A stretch of 64,000 bases of DNA from contig CAVQEQ010000001.1 in assembly GCA_963711565.1 (NCBI GenBank), positions 480,001-544,000 of the forward strand, in the 5' to 3' direction. Every line of letters begins with the position of its first letter. Positions within the stretch are counted from its first letter, which is position 1. Shown one piece after another: positions 1-9,918 of this stretch. A program made the position numbers and the translations under genes. The notes under the pieces are model-generated. The model worked only from the letters and a program-made list of their open reading frames with translations. It ran no database searches and was not told the DNA's origin. Origin of the DNA: an uncultured delta proteobacterium. Lineage in GTDB: Bacteria > Desulfobacterota > Binatia > Binatales > Binataceae.

Positions 1-387
1 AAGCGCGCCGATATTGACGCGATGCCCCTCGGCCATCACGACGAGAAATGCCTTGAGCTGTGCGTCGCTGACGGTCGGGACGTTTTCTTCGATCTTGCGA
101 ATCACCCATCGCTGGCCGCGATTCAGTAGCTCAAGCTTGCCGCGGAAATCTCCGACCGCGCGGATCTTCTCGACAAAGTCCCCCGTCTTCGTCAACGGAA
201 TCCCGCCGAGCCGGCGCACATGTGACGCCAGCTCACCGGCGTAGTAGCCTTCGTCGTGGCCGACCTTTTTGAGCATCTCGCGCAGCTCGAGCGAATGCGC
301 CAGCTCCGTCAGCTCATGCAGGACGCGGCCGCCGGCACGCTCGGCTTCAGCCAACGAATTGAGAAATCCTTCGAGTTGCGAATCCAT
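1..387 (-). CDS. Ferritin-like four-helix protein (DUF6306-like), truncated by the window edge
   Basis: Not in the ORF track. Manual translation from ATG 387 (GGAGG RBS at 395-399): MDSQLEGFLNSLAEAERAGG...GHDEGYY...LELLNRGQRWVIRKIEE...AEGHRVNI, open to position 1. Confidence 0.65.
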   Translation of the reverse strand, partial: MDSQLEGFLNSLAEAERAGGRVLHELTELAHSLELREMLKKVGHDEGYYAGELASHVRRLGGIPLTKTGDFVEKIRAVGDFRGKLELLNRGQRWVIRKIEENVPTVSDAQLKAFLVVMAEGHRVNIGAL

Positions 388-407
388 CGAATCGCCTCCG
401 CACGCAA

Positions 408-2150
408 TTAGAGCATCGGCACCACCGGGCAATACGCCGCGCTGAAAATCGCGTGCCCGCTGAGCGCGGCGCGAATCAGCTCGACGACCGGCTCGACCAG
501 CCGCGCCGCCGGGCGCTGCGCGATAGACGCGACCATCTTGCCGCTCGACAGCGATTGCAGCAGGCCCGGCTGCGCCGGAAGTTCGATGACGCCGACCGGC
601 TGATCGGGCGCGAGGCGCGCCAAACCTTTCGCCGCCGCCATCGCGTCGTCGAGTCCGCCGAGCGAATCGACCAGCTTGAGGTTGACCGCCTGCTCGCCCG
701 TCCAGACCCGTCCCTGCGCGACCGCGTCGGCCTGCTCGACCGTGATATGGCGTCCGGCCGAGACCAGTTTCAGGAAGTACTGGTAGTTGCGCTGGATGTC
801 ATCCTCGAACTGCTTCGATTGCGCGGGCGTGAAATCGGTCCACATGTCGAACATCCCGACGTTTGCCCCGCGGCTCACCGCGTCGGTGTTCGCATAAATT
901 TTCTGCGCGGCTGGCGTGATGTTGAATTTGCCGCCGAGCACGCCGATCGAGCCGGTGATCGTGCCGGGCTCGGCGATAATTTTCGCGGCCGGAATCGATA
1001 TCAAGTATCCGCCCGACGCGCCGTATCCCGACATGCTGACGACCACGGGTTTCTTCTTCGCCGTGAGCTCGACCTCGCGGCCGATGAGTTCCGACGCGAG
1101 CATCGAGCCGCCGGGCGAATCGACCCGCAGGATCACGGCGCGCACGTCGTCGTCCTCGCGCGCGGATTTGAACGCTTCGGTCATGTCGTCGGAAGTCATC
1201 GCCGTCGTATCGGGACCTGAAAATGGATCGAAGCCTTCGCCGCCGCGCTGAATTTCTCCGTCGCCGTAAATCACCGCGATTTCATCCCCGCCGCTAAAGT
1301 TGGAGAACAGGCTCGTACGCGCGTAGTCGGTGTAATCGACCACTTTGTGGACCGAGCCGCCGTGATTTTTCACGCGCTCGATGAACTCGTCTTCGTATTC
1401 GAGCCGATCCACCAGCCGCGCCTTAAGGCCGTCGTCCGCATTGATCGGTGCCTGATCGATCAGACTCTTAATCGTGTCGGGACTCAGCTTGCGCTCGGCG
1501 CCCATCGCGGCAACGATCTGATCGAACAAGCTGCCCGCGAGCCCTTCGTCCTCTTCCTTTTGCGCCGGCGTGAAATCCTTGTTGGTGAACATGTTAGCCG
1601 CGCTCTTGAACTGCCCCGCCGAAGCGAAATTCGGCGTAATCCCCAGCCAGTCGAGCGTGCCGCGCATGAAGAGCTCGCGCAGCTGGACGCCCATCAGGTT
1701 AAGATCGCCCTGCGGCATCAGTGAGACCTCGTCGGCGGCGCTCGCGACGATATAGGGCGTGTTGCCCAGGCCCGATTCACCGGCGGTCTCGAGGTACGCC
1801 TCGGTCCACTTGCCGTGGCTCTCGAACGACTTGATCAGCGCGACGATCTCCTGCGCCTGCGCAAGTTCCATCTCGGGGTTGAGGACCTTGATCTCCAGCC
1901 CGACGATTTTCGGATCCTTCGCACCGCGATCGATCGCATTGCGCAGCGTGTTGAGTGCCGTCTCATTTTTGCTGAGCAAGCCGAGCACGCTGCTGCTGCC
2001 GCGCTCGACGACCGTTCCGTCAAGTTCGACCGCGAGAACCGAGTTGGGCTGCACGCGATGCGAGATGTAGTCCGAGATGGCGACGATCGCGATCAACACC
2101 GCGGCGATGACCACCGTTCGAATAATCCATCGAAAAAGCCTTCTGAACAT
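408..2150 (-). CDS. sppA: Signal peptide peptidase SppA (protease IV, long form)
   Basis: N-terminal TM helix, two S49 domains, RVDSPGGS, SMSGYGASGGY, TGSIGV and AQGRVWTG motifs. Confidence 0.95.
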   Translation of the reverse strand: MFRRLFRWIIRTVVIAAVLIAIVAISDYISHRVQPNSVLAVELDGTVVERGSSSVLGLLSKNETALNTLRNAIDRGAKDPKIVGLEIKVLNPEMELAQAQEIVALIKSFESHGKWTEAYLETAGESGLGNTPYIVASAADEVSLMPQGDLNLMGVQLRELFMRGTLDWLGITPNFASAGQFKSAANMFTNKDFTPAQKEEDEGLAGSLFDQIVAAMGAERKLSPDTIKSLIDQAPINADDGLKARLVDRLEYEDEFIERVKNHGGSVHKVVDYTDYARTSLFSNFSGGDEIAVIYGDGEIQRGGEGFDPFSGPDTTAMTSDDMTEAFKSAREDDDVRAVILRVDSPGGSMLASELIGREVELTAKKKPVVVSMSGYGASGGYLISIPAAKIIAEPGTITGSIGVLGGKFNITPAAQKIYANTDAVSRGANVGMFDMWTDFTPAQSKQFEDDIQRNYQYFLKLVSAGRHITVEQADAVAQGRVWTGEQAVNLKLVDSLGGLDDAMAAAKGLARLAPDQPVGVIELPAQPGLLQSLSSGKMVASIAQRPAARLVEPVVELIRAALSGHAIFSAAYCPVVPML

Positions 2151-2237
2151 TCAGTCCTCCGGGACGCGGAAAGCGCGCTGGGGGCGCGTTTCCTTTACAC
2201 CAGCAACTGGTATGAATAGCCAACCATACCCGATTGC

Positions 2238-3710
2238 ATGGAGCCAGTCGCCAAAATACCGCCGCCCGAGCCCGCCGTCCCGGACGCGCCCCGCGAACCT
2301 CTGATGAACGAAGGCGAGGCCGGCGCGATTCATCGCAGAATCGTCGCGCTGGCGTTCGCCGCCTGGATTTTCGACTTCTACGATCTCGTCCTCTACTCGT
2401 TCCTGCTGGTTCCCGTCGCGCGCGAACTGCATCTGACGCCAGAGCAGTCGTCGCTCGCGTTGGGCACGTCGCTCTTGGTGACGGCGCTCGGCGGAGTCAT
2501 CTTCGGATTTCTCGGCGATCGTTACGGGCGCAAGCCGATGATCGCGGCGACAGTCGCGATCTACGGCGTCGGCACCGCGCTATGCGGCTTCAGCCAGAGT
2601 CTCGCGCAACTGATCCTGTTTCGCTCGTTAACCGGGCTCGGGATGGGCGGCGGATGGGCCCCCGGACAAAGCCTCGTCGCCGAGAGTGTACCGGCCGACC
2701 GCCGCGCGCGATACGCCGCCTACGTACAGACGGGAGCGCCGCTCGGAGTCTTGCTGGCGGCCGCGGCGGGCGGCTATCTCGCACCCGTGGTGGGATGGCG
2801 TCTGACGTTCATGCTCTCGGGCGTGCCCGCAATTTTCGTCGTCGCCGCCGTGTTGAAGTGGATGCCGGAGAGCGACGTCTGGCGCCGCTCGCGGATCGAC
2901 CTCATCGACCGCGGCGTGGACCTGCGCGCGATTCTCGTCCATCGCCGCATCTTCGTGCTGCTGTTCATCGTGGTGCTGCTGAACTCTGAGGCGTACTGGT
3001 TCACGTACACCTGGATGCCGGGATACCTGGAACTCAAACGCGGGCTGACGGCCGTTGCCGCGAGTCATCTCCTGATCAAGATGCAAATCGGCGGCGTGCT
3101 CGGGTACCTGACGTTTGGACGCGTCGCGGATAGATTCGGGCGGCGTCCGGCGTTCTGCGCATATGGCCTGCTGATGGCCGCCGGCACGATCCCGCCGACG
3201 ATTCTGTGGAGTGCAGCGGTCGCGGTGCCGGGACTAATCTCGGCTGCGATGTTCACGGCGGGATTCGGCACCGGCATCTGGGCGGGAATCGCGCCGATGA
3301 TCGCCGAGCTGATGCCGACGCGAATTCGCAATACGAGCCTCGGATTGGTGTTGAATGTCACACGAGGCTTCCAGTTCTTCACTCCAATCCTGATCGCGAT
3401 GCTCGGCGCAAGGTTCGGTTTCGGCGCGACGCTGTCGCTCGGCGCGCTCTTCTCGACGCTAGGCGCCCTGCTGGTCTGGATACTCCCCGAAACCCGCGGC
3501 CGCTCAATCACGGCGCTCGATTCGATCCTCGCTCCTCGCCTCCCCCCACAATGGGGGAGGTCGCCGCTCGTCTTCGAGCGGCGAGTGGAGGACCAAAGTT
3601 TTCCGGATTCAGAAGGCGGCGCAACGGACAGTCGAGCCGCAAAGATCCTCCACCCTAACCCTCCCCCAACGAATCGGGGGAGGGAATCAGAACTACGGCG
3701 AGCTGCCTAG
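2238..3710 (+). CDS. MFS transporter with a repeat-derived C-terminal tail
   Basis: DFYD in TM1, GDRYGRK and ADRFGRR motif A copies, PETRG end motif; the tail after about 3520 reads through repeat family A. Confidence 0.9.
   Translation: MEPVAKIPPPEPAVPDAPREPLMNEGEAGAIHRRIVALAFAAWIFDFYDLVLYSFLLVPVARELHLTPEQSSLALGTSLLVTALGGVIFGFLGDRYGRKPMIAATVAIYGVGTALCGFSQSLAQLILFRSLTGLGMGGGWAPGQSLVAESVPADRRARYAAYVQTGAPLGVLLAAAAGGYLAPVVGWRLTFMLSGVPAIFVVAAVLKWMPESDVWRRSRIDLIDRGVDLRAILVHRRIFVLLFIVVLLNSEAYWFTYTWMPGYLELKRGLTAVAASHLLIKMQIGGVLGYLTFGRVADRFGRRPAFCAYGLLMAAGTIPPTILWSAAVAVPGLISAAMFTAGFGTGIWAGIAPMIAELMPTRIRNTSLGLVLNVTRGFQFFTPILIAMLGARFGFGATLSLGALFSTLGALLVWILPETRGRSITALDSILAPRLPPQWGRSPLVFERRVEDQSFPDSEGGATDSRAAKILHPNPPPTNRGRESELRRAA
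3534..3684. repeat. Palindromic repeat family A, copy 1, with an inverted partner half
   Basis: CCTCCCCC..GGGGGAGG hairpin + CGCTCGTCTTCGAGCGGCG + GTGGAGGA; the inverted GATCCTCCACCC..CCCTCCCCC..GGGGGAGGG follows at 3644-3684. Confidence 0.85.
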
Positions 3711-5522
3711 CGGTTTGTGCTCGACGGTCGAGCCGTCGAGATACGGCTCGTCGCCGAGCCATGTCACGCGAATCGTCGTGATGGCCTCGACGCCTTGCAG
3801 CGTCAGGTCCGCCGTCATCGTTTGCGTATGCGATCCTCCCGCGCTTCGGCGGCCCTCAGTCAGCGCCTCGGCCATCGCGCGTCCTGCGGGCGCGACACCG
3901 CCCGGTCCGATATTCGGCAGCGTGCCGAGTATCTCAGTGATCGTCGGCGTGACGTTGGTGTTCGCCGTGGGATTTAAATCGACGAACCCGCGCCGGAAGT
4001 CCGGGCCGATCGCGGCGCAAAAATTATGAATCTCGCGCTCGCCTGCCGCGCCATGCATCCCCATGCCGGTTGTGAACGTCTGGCTGGTCCCGGTGTCCGC
4101 GTACACGACGCCCTTCACCGGATGCACCAGTTCGGCGGATTTGTTCGGCGTCGAGACCTGCCCGATTTGCCCGATCAGAAACGCGGGATTGCCCGGCCCA
4201 GTAAGGCCCTTGTTGTCGGCGTCGGAATCCTCGCGAAACGAAATCACCAGGTCCGGCGATCGCGCGGCATTGTACAGACCAACGACGCGCTGGCTGAAAG
4301 TGCCGTCGATCCATCCGAGGTAAGGCTTGGGCGCGCGAGCACGCCGACCGTGGCGACTCGGCTCATCGGGAGCCGTCGCCGGGTCGCGCGAGAAAATCGG
4401 CCCGCACCATTCCTGCGCCTCGGCGAAGTTGACGATCTTCTGCAGCACCGCGCGCTTCGATTCGGGCGTCGCAAATTCCGTTGGTGAGAGGTACACGAGA
4501 TCCGCGCCGCCGTTGGGCACGACGACAACGTCAATGCTGTCGTGCGATTTCTTGATTCCCGCCGACACCAGCATCTCCGACAGCACGACGCGGAACTTGA
4601 TCGTCGCGAAGCCGTGGTCCGAGACGACAATCAGATCGGTCTTGTCCGCGATTCCCAACGCTTCGATCGCCGCGCGCACGCGCATCAGGTTGTTGTCGCA
4701 AAGGCTGAGCGCCTCCATCGCGGGCATCGTGCCCAACCCTGAAATATGCTGCGTGAGATCAGGATTATGCTGCCAGAAGACGACCAGCGCGGGCCGGCCC
4801 GCATCGGCAGCAGCCTTCGCCGCCGGCAAGGCGTCCTCGACTACCAGCCGCGCGAAATACAAATCGCGCTGCTCGTCGGCCACGCTGGTTTTCGAGTCGG
4901 GTGGAACCTCGATATTTAATTTCTGACTCGACGAGACGAAGTCTTCCGACGCGAACAGGTAATCTCTCTGCGCCTCGCCGACGATATCCTTGCCGTCGAT
5001 GATCGTCGCGACGCGATTGTCGAACACCGAGGTCGGTCCCTGCTTGCCGATCACGCCGACGTAGCCGCCCTCGCGCGCGACTTCCTGCACGATAGTGTCG
5101 AGCCCGATCAGCCGCCCCTTGAATCCAGCCGCCCCGTTTACGTTCATTATCGCCTTGGCGCCCTCAGCCGCGACCATCTGCCCCTTCGGCGCTTCTGCCG
5201 ACGGCGGCAAGTAAAAGTTGTTGCCCTCGAGTCCGTTCACGCCCGGCGGCGCGCCCGTCGCGAGCGCGGTCGCGTTAACCATCGTCAGCGTCGGAAAGAT
5301 CGAGTGATGCTTGTCGAAGCGCACGCCCTCGCGCGCCATCTGAAACAGATTCGGCGTGTCGCGCTGGGTGACGAAGTCGGGCCGCAGCCCGTCCCACACC
5401 ATCAGCACCACGATTCGCCCGCGCCCGCGATGGAGCTCGGTGGAATCTTGCGCGCGCGTCGGCGCGGCTACGAACACAAGCAGGAGCGCGAGAATTTCAG
5501 CCAGCCGTCGAGTGGAGAACAT
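3693..5522 (-). CDS. Alkaline phosphatase superfamily nucleotide pyrophosphatase/phosphodiesterase, secreted
   Basis: Signal peptide, VWDGLRPD, PTLTMVN (Thr nucleophile), PDLTQH, VVSDHG and GMHG. The start could extend to 5537. Confidence 0.88.
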   Translation of the reverse strand: MFSTRRLAEILALLLVFVAAPTRAQDSTELHRGRGRIVVLMVWDGLRPDFVTQRDTPNLFQMAREGVRFDKHHSIFPTLTMVNATALATGAPPGVNGLEGNNFYLPPSAEAPKGQMVAAEGAKAIMNVNGAAGFKGRLIGLDTIVQEVAREGGYVGVIGKQGPTSVFDNRVATIIDGKDIVGEAQRDYLFASEDFVSSSQKLNIEVPPDSKTSVADEQRDLYFARLVVEDALPAAKAAADAGRPALVVFWQHNPDLTQHISGLGTMPAMEALSLCDNNLMRVRAAIEALGIADKTDLIVVSDHGFATIKFRVVLSEMLVSAGIKKSHDSIDVVVVPNGGADLVYLSPTEFATPESKRAVLQKIVNFAEAQEWCGPIFSRDPATAPDEPSRHGRRARAPKPYLGWIDGTFSQRVVGLYNAARSPDLVISFREDSDADNKGLTGPGNPAFLIGQIGQVSTPNKSAELVHPVKGVVYADTGTSQTFTTGMGMHGAAGEREIHNFCAAIGPDFRRGFVDLNPTANTNVTPTITEILGTLPNIGPGGVAPAGRAMAEALTEGRRSAGGSHTQTMTADLTLQGVEAITTIRVTWLGDEPYLDGSTVEHKPLGSSP

Positions 5523-5558
5523 CCCGCCGATCATCAAAGCGGCCCGCGACCGATCGTG

Positions 5559-6574
5559 TCAATCGTTCTTCGCAGCCGGCGTCGCTATTGGCGTCCGCGG
5601 ATGTGCCTTGAAGAATTCCCAGATTACGTTGGTGGCGTTCAGATTGTCGCTCGCCTTGCCGACCCATTTTTCGGGCAGCCGGCTCTGCCGCCGGGCCACA
5701 CATGACCCAATCCCTGGACGCGGTAGTACTCGACCTCGCCGCCCTTGATGCAATGGTCGTAGGTGATTTCCAGCACGCCGTTGCCGCGGGCGGTCTCCAT
5801 CTCCGGTCCGCACCCGAGCATCCGCTCCCATTCCTTGAGCGAATCCTCGACCGGCGGGCGCGATTTGATCTTTTCCCACTGGAGTTTCACGTTGCCGCCG
5901 TCGATCGGATTGAACGGATCGCCCGTGCCGACGATGAAGAGCAGCGGAACGGGATAGGCGAATTGCTTTTCCCGGTACCAGAACGGACCCGCGACCGGTG
6001 CGATCGCCGCGATTCGATCCGACAGGTTGAGCCCGACGCTGAACGTCATCGACGCGCCGTTGGAAAAGCCGGTGCAGTAGATTCGCGCCGGGTCGGCGGA
6101 GTAGCGCACCTCGAGGAAATCGATCATCGCGGAGATAAAGCCGAGGTCGTCCACGTGTTCCACGCCGATCGTGCCGCTACCGGAGCCGTCGTTCCACAGC
6201 CGCGGATTGAACAGAAATTGTGCGGGCATATCGGGATGCGGTGGCGTGCCGTCGGGGAAAACCGCGATGAAGCCCTCTCGATCGGACTTCGCGTCCCATC
6301 CCGTCTCAGCGATCGCACCCGCACCGCTGCCGCCTGCGCCGTGGAGCATAATCACCAGCGGTATTTTCGATTTGCCGTCGAATCCCGGCGGCACATGCAC
6401 GACGAAGGTGCGCGTCAGCTTGTTGGCGCCCGTCCCGACCACGATCCACTCGTTATGATTACCCGGCGCCGGCACCGCCTGATTCGCGGGCGCACCCGCC
6501 GTCGCCGAAGTCAGCGCGGTCGTCAGTATCGCCGCCGCGACGATTGAAACCCCTGAAGTGGCAAACCTGCGCAT
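5559..6574 (-). CDS. PHB depolymerase/LpqC-family esterase with a 1-nt frameshift near 5686
   Basis: LHGAGG, GFSNG nucleophile elbow and GHVWPGG; the expected C-terminus (SRLPEKWVG...IWEFFKAHP) continues in the frame of ORF 5559..5879. Confidence 0.85.
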
Positions 6575-6707
6575 CGCTCAGTCCCCCGATCCCCCGAAGC
6601 TCAGTTCAATGTACGCCACGGCTGATACATCGTTTCAGGGTGCAACTCGATTTTTGATTTGGTAGCGTGACCTCGGAACTCTACAAGAGACCGGGAGGAT
6701 CGTCACC

Positions 6708-7628
6708 TTGCGTATTGCACTGCTGGGCCAGGCCGCATTCGCGGAAAAAGCGCTCGCGGCGCTCGTCGCTCACGGCGACGAGATCGTGCACGTCTTCGCT
6801 CCCCCCGATCCGCCCGCCGGCAAGCCGGATGCGCTGGCCGCCAAGGCGCGCGCGATGGGTCTGCCGCTGAGCCAGCCCAAGTCGTTCAAGAACGACGCCG
6901 CCTTCGATCACTTCAAAGCGCTGGACGCCGACCTCGCCATCCTCGCCTTCGTCACCCTGATAGTTCCCGAGCGAATCCTCTACGCTCCGCGCTACAAGTC
7001 GATTTGCTTTCATCCGTCCCTGCTCCCGCGCCATCGCGGCGCCAGCGGCATCAACTGGGCAATCATCCAGGGCGACGCGGAGACGGGAGTCACGTGGTTC
7101 TGGCCCGACAAGGGCATCGACACGGGACCGATCCTCGTCCAGAAGCGCGTGCCGATTGCGGAGAACGACACCGTAGGCTCGATTTACTTCAACACGCTCT
7201 TCCCGATGGGTATCGACGCGATGGTCGAAGCGGTCGATCTGATCAAATCGAGCAACGCGCCGTCGATCGTTCAGGACGAGAGTAAGGCAACCTACGAGCA
7301 GCCATGCCGCGACGAGCACGCCAAGATCGATTTCACAAAACCGGCGCGCGAAGTCTTCAACCTGATCCGCGGATGCGACCCGCAACCCGGCGCCTTCGCG
7401 ACCATCGGCGAAAAACGCGTGCGCCTCTACGAAGCGACGTTATCCGCAGGTCGCAATGACGCCGAACCGGGAACGATAACCGCCATAGACGCGGATGGGA
7501 TGACGATCGCGCTCGCAGGCGGCACGATTACGGTAAAGCGAGCGCGAATCGATCCGAATCCGAAAAAGGTAGCGCCAGCCGAGCTAGCATCCTCAGGCGA
7601 CCTTAAAGTCGGCACCAGGCTGACGTAA
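6708..7628 (+). CDS. Formyltransferase family protein resembling the 10-formyl-THF hydrolase domain of ALDH1L1/FDH
   Basis: HPSLLPRHRG, GIDTG and a Formyl_trans_C-like tail; TTG start with GGAGG upstream. Confidence 0.85.
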   Translation: MRIALLGQAAFAEKALAALVAHGDEIVHVFAPPDPPAGKPDALAAKARAMGLPLSQPKSFKNDAAFDHFKALDADLAILAFVTLIVPERILYAPRYKSICFHPSLLPRHRGASGINWAIIQGDAETGVTWFWPDKGIDTGPILVQKRVPIAENDTVGSIYFNTLFPMGIDAMVEAVDLIKSSNAPSIVQDESKATYEQPCRDEHAKIDFTKPAREVFNLIRGCDPQPGAFATIGEKRVRLYEATLSAGRNDAEPGTITAIDADGMTIALAGGTITVKRARIDPNPKKVAPAELASSGDLKVGTRLT

Positions 7629-7634
7629 AGCGAC

Positions 7635-7700
7635 CCTCCTAGCCTCCCCCATTATGGGGGGAGGCCGACGCTCGTCTTCGAGCGGCGGGTGGAGGACCAA
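7635..7700. repeat. Palindromic repeat family A, copy 2
   Basis: CCTCCCCCATTATGGGGGGAGG-CCGACGCTCGTCTTCGAGCGGCGGGTGGAGGA between convergent genes. Confidence 0.85.
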
Positions 7701-7729
7701 TTTCCCGAAGTTCTGAATCTGCGGCGCGA

Positions 7730-8047
7730 CTATTTACCCTTAAGCCGAGGATCATCCGCCGCGACGCATTGCGACTCCGCCGTTCGTTTCGTCATTTCGG
7801 ACTTACTCAGCGGATGCATCTTCGCCTTCCGCGTTGCCTCCGCAGCCGCCTGATACTCATCCGGAGTCATCGGATTCTGAATTGCGTCTTTGAGCGAGTC
7901 CCCGCATTTCTTCTCGGAATCGAACTTCACGCCTTTTCTCCATGTCGACAACGGCGCGTGCACATTAACTTTGTTGTCGGCACCGATCGGTGGAATCAGG
8001 AGGTACCATGCAACGATCGCGAGCGCGGTGGCGTGGCGAAGCTTCAT
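7730..8047 (-). CDS. Small secreted hypothetical protein (WYLLxPP...CVAxDDPRL type)
   Basis: Signal-like N-terminus MKLRHATALAIVAWYLLIPP, two Cys and C-terminal CVAADDPRLK. Confidence 0.7.
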   Translation of the reverse strand: MKLRHATALAIVAWYLLIPPIGADNKVNVHAPLSTWRKGVKFDSEKKCGDSLKDAIQNPMTPDEYQAAAEATRKAKMHPLSKSEMTKRTAESQCVAADDPRLKGK

Positions 8048-8213
8048 GCGCGTTCGGTTATCATAGTAGGACGAAATTTATTTCGTCGAGTCTTCAGTTC
8101 CTCCCGGAATCTTTGTTTCCTGCGTGACGGAATAAATTCCCTCCTTTATCCCCGCTATTCCGCCGCATTCCTTTGCGCTACGATTTGTCGCGTTCACGAG
8201 AGGTGTACCTGGC

Positions 8214-9218
8214 ATGCGACTCTGCATCGGCACGGCCAAGGGCATTGTGATTCTGGATCCCGCGCGCGGCGGGGCGCCCCTGATGGTGCTTGCTGACCCG
8301 TCGGCCGTCTGGTGCATGGCGCAGGACAGTGCCGATCGCAATCTCATCTACGCCGGCTCAACCGAGCAAATCCGCGGCAAGGGGACGCTCGCACGCTCGA
8401 CCGACGGCGGCCGCACTTGGACCAACGTCACTCCACCGCTCGCGCGCGAAGAAGAAGTCTGGTCGGTCGCGACCTCACCCGCCGTGAAGGATCGCGTGTT
8501 CATCGGCACCTCGCACGCGCGCCTGTTCCGCAGCGACGATCGCGGCCGCATCTTCAAGGAGTCCGACGGCTTCCTGCGAATCCCCGGCCGGGACCGCTGG
8601 ACGTTCCCGCCGCCGCCGCACATTCCGCACGTGCGCTCGATCGCGTTCGACCCTCATGAGCCATCCACGATGTACGTTGGCGTCGAGGAGGGCGGTATCT
8701 TCCGTTCGCGCAACGAGGGCGCGACCTTCGAGCCGCTCAACGACGGCCTCTATGAAGACATTCACACCGTCGCGGTGGATTCGCGCGATTCGCGCCGCCT
8801 CTACGCCACCACCGGCGCCGGCTTCTACCTGTCCGCCAATGCGGGCAAGTCGTGGCAGCACGTGACGAATGGGCTCAATCGCACTTACACGATTCCCCTG
8901 CTGGTCAGCGCTCACGACCGCGACGACGTTTTCACGGCGGCGGCGATGGGCCCGCCGCCCAGCTGGCGGGGCGGACCGACCGGCGCGGACGCGATGCTGT
9001 TTCGCAGCGCCGATCGTGGCGAGAGTTTCACGCCGATTTCCGGCGAACAGAATTTCGGACGCGGGATGGTGATGCGGATGAAGGCCGATCCGGAGAACGG
9101 CGGCTTCTTCGCGGTATGCAACGACGGCGCCGTCATTCGCGCAAGCACCGACGGGTCGTCACTGGCGACGATCGCCGAGAAACTACCGTCCGCGTACGAC
9201 CTCGCGATAATTCCATGA
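8214..9218 (+). CDS. BNR/Asp-box beta-propeller protein (YCF48/glycosyl hydrolase-like)
   Basis: Repeated S-x-D/N-x-G-x-T/S-W/F boxes (STDGGRTW, SDDRGRIF, SRNEGATF, SANAGKSW, SADRGESF); GAGGTG RBS. Confidence 0.85.
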   Translation: MRLCIGTAKGIVILDPARGGAPLMVLADPSAVWCMAQDSADRNLIYAGSTEQIRGKGTLARSTDGGRTWTNVTPPLAREEEVWSVATSPAVKDRVFIGTSHARLFRSDDRGRIFKESDGFLRIPGRDRWTFPPPPHIPHVRSIAFDPHEPSTMYVGVEEGGIFRSRNEGATFEPLNDGLYEDIHTVAVDSRDSRRLYATTGAGFYLSANAGKSWQHVTNGLNRTYTIPLLVSAHDRDDVFTAAAMGPPPSWRGGPTGADAMLFRSADRGESFTPISGEQNFGRGMVMRMKADPENGGFFAVCNDGAVIRASTDGSSLATIAEKLPSAYDLAIIP

Positions 9219-9243
9219 CCCACGCACCGGCCGCCGGAGCAAC

Positions 9244-9648
9244 TTGACCATCTTCGACCCCTTGGGATTGAGCGCGCTGGGATGCGGCATCTTCGTCGCG
9301 CGCTACGTCTTCGCCAGGATCGAGAAGCGCACCGTCCGCATTTCCGATCCCAAAGCATCGACTCGCCTGCCGAGCCACATCGACACCGAGCGGCTGCTCT
9401 TCATGGTCTTCGGCACCGAATGGGTCGTGCTGGCGATCTTCGTGTTTGCTGACCGGCTGCCCGGCGAGCTTCAGAGATTTGTCAGGCTCGGCTGCGCGTC
9501 ATCGGCCGCTGCGCTGATCCTCTTCCACGTGCTGTGCGTGATTCGATTGAGGCGCCTCGGCTTGTTCGACCCGCACGACGAAAGCTACCGTCCCGGACAC
9601 GGCCCGAAGCGCGCGCGTCAGCGCCCCCGCCGCCGCGCCCCCGAATGA
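9244..9648 (+). CDS. Hypothetical membrane protein (about 3 TM)
   Basis: Three hydrophobic stretches. The true start may be the ATG at 9215 overlapping the upstream stop if one base is missing. Confidence 0.5.
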   Translation: MTIFDPLGLSALGCGIFVARYVFARIEKRTVRISDPKASTRLPSHIDTERLLFMVFGTEWVVLAIFVFADRLPGELQRFVRLGCASSAAALILFHVLCVIRLRRLGLFDPHDESYRPGHGPKRARQRPRRRAPE

Positions 9649-9679
9649 TCTGAAGGTAGCAACCCGAGCACGTTTAATT

Positions 9680-9871
9680 TGTCATCTTGACGAAGCGAGC
9701 AACGCGAGCGGCAGGAAGAAGCCTGTCTGAGCATAGCCGAAGGAATTTCGGACAGCGGCGCGCTCTAGTTTGTCACCCTGACGACGGGAGCGTTAGCGAC
9801 GGGAGGAACGGGCCTCGGACAGCGGCGCGTAAGCGCCGCCGGTACCGGTTTTGCAAATCGCGCAGCGCTCC
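9680..9871. repeat. Repeat family D (TGTCA...CGGACAGC...CCGGTACCGGTT...AAATCGCGCAGCGCTCC)
   Basis: Two TGTCA-initiated units that share their 3' end with 28541-28778. Confidence 0.7.
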
Positions 9872-9918
9872 GTCTTCTGCTTTTGTCCTGATTGGTCTCA
9901 TCGCGAAAACGGTCCATC

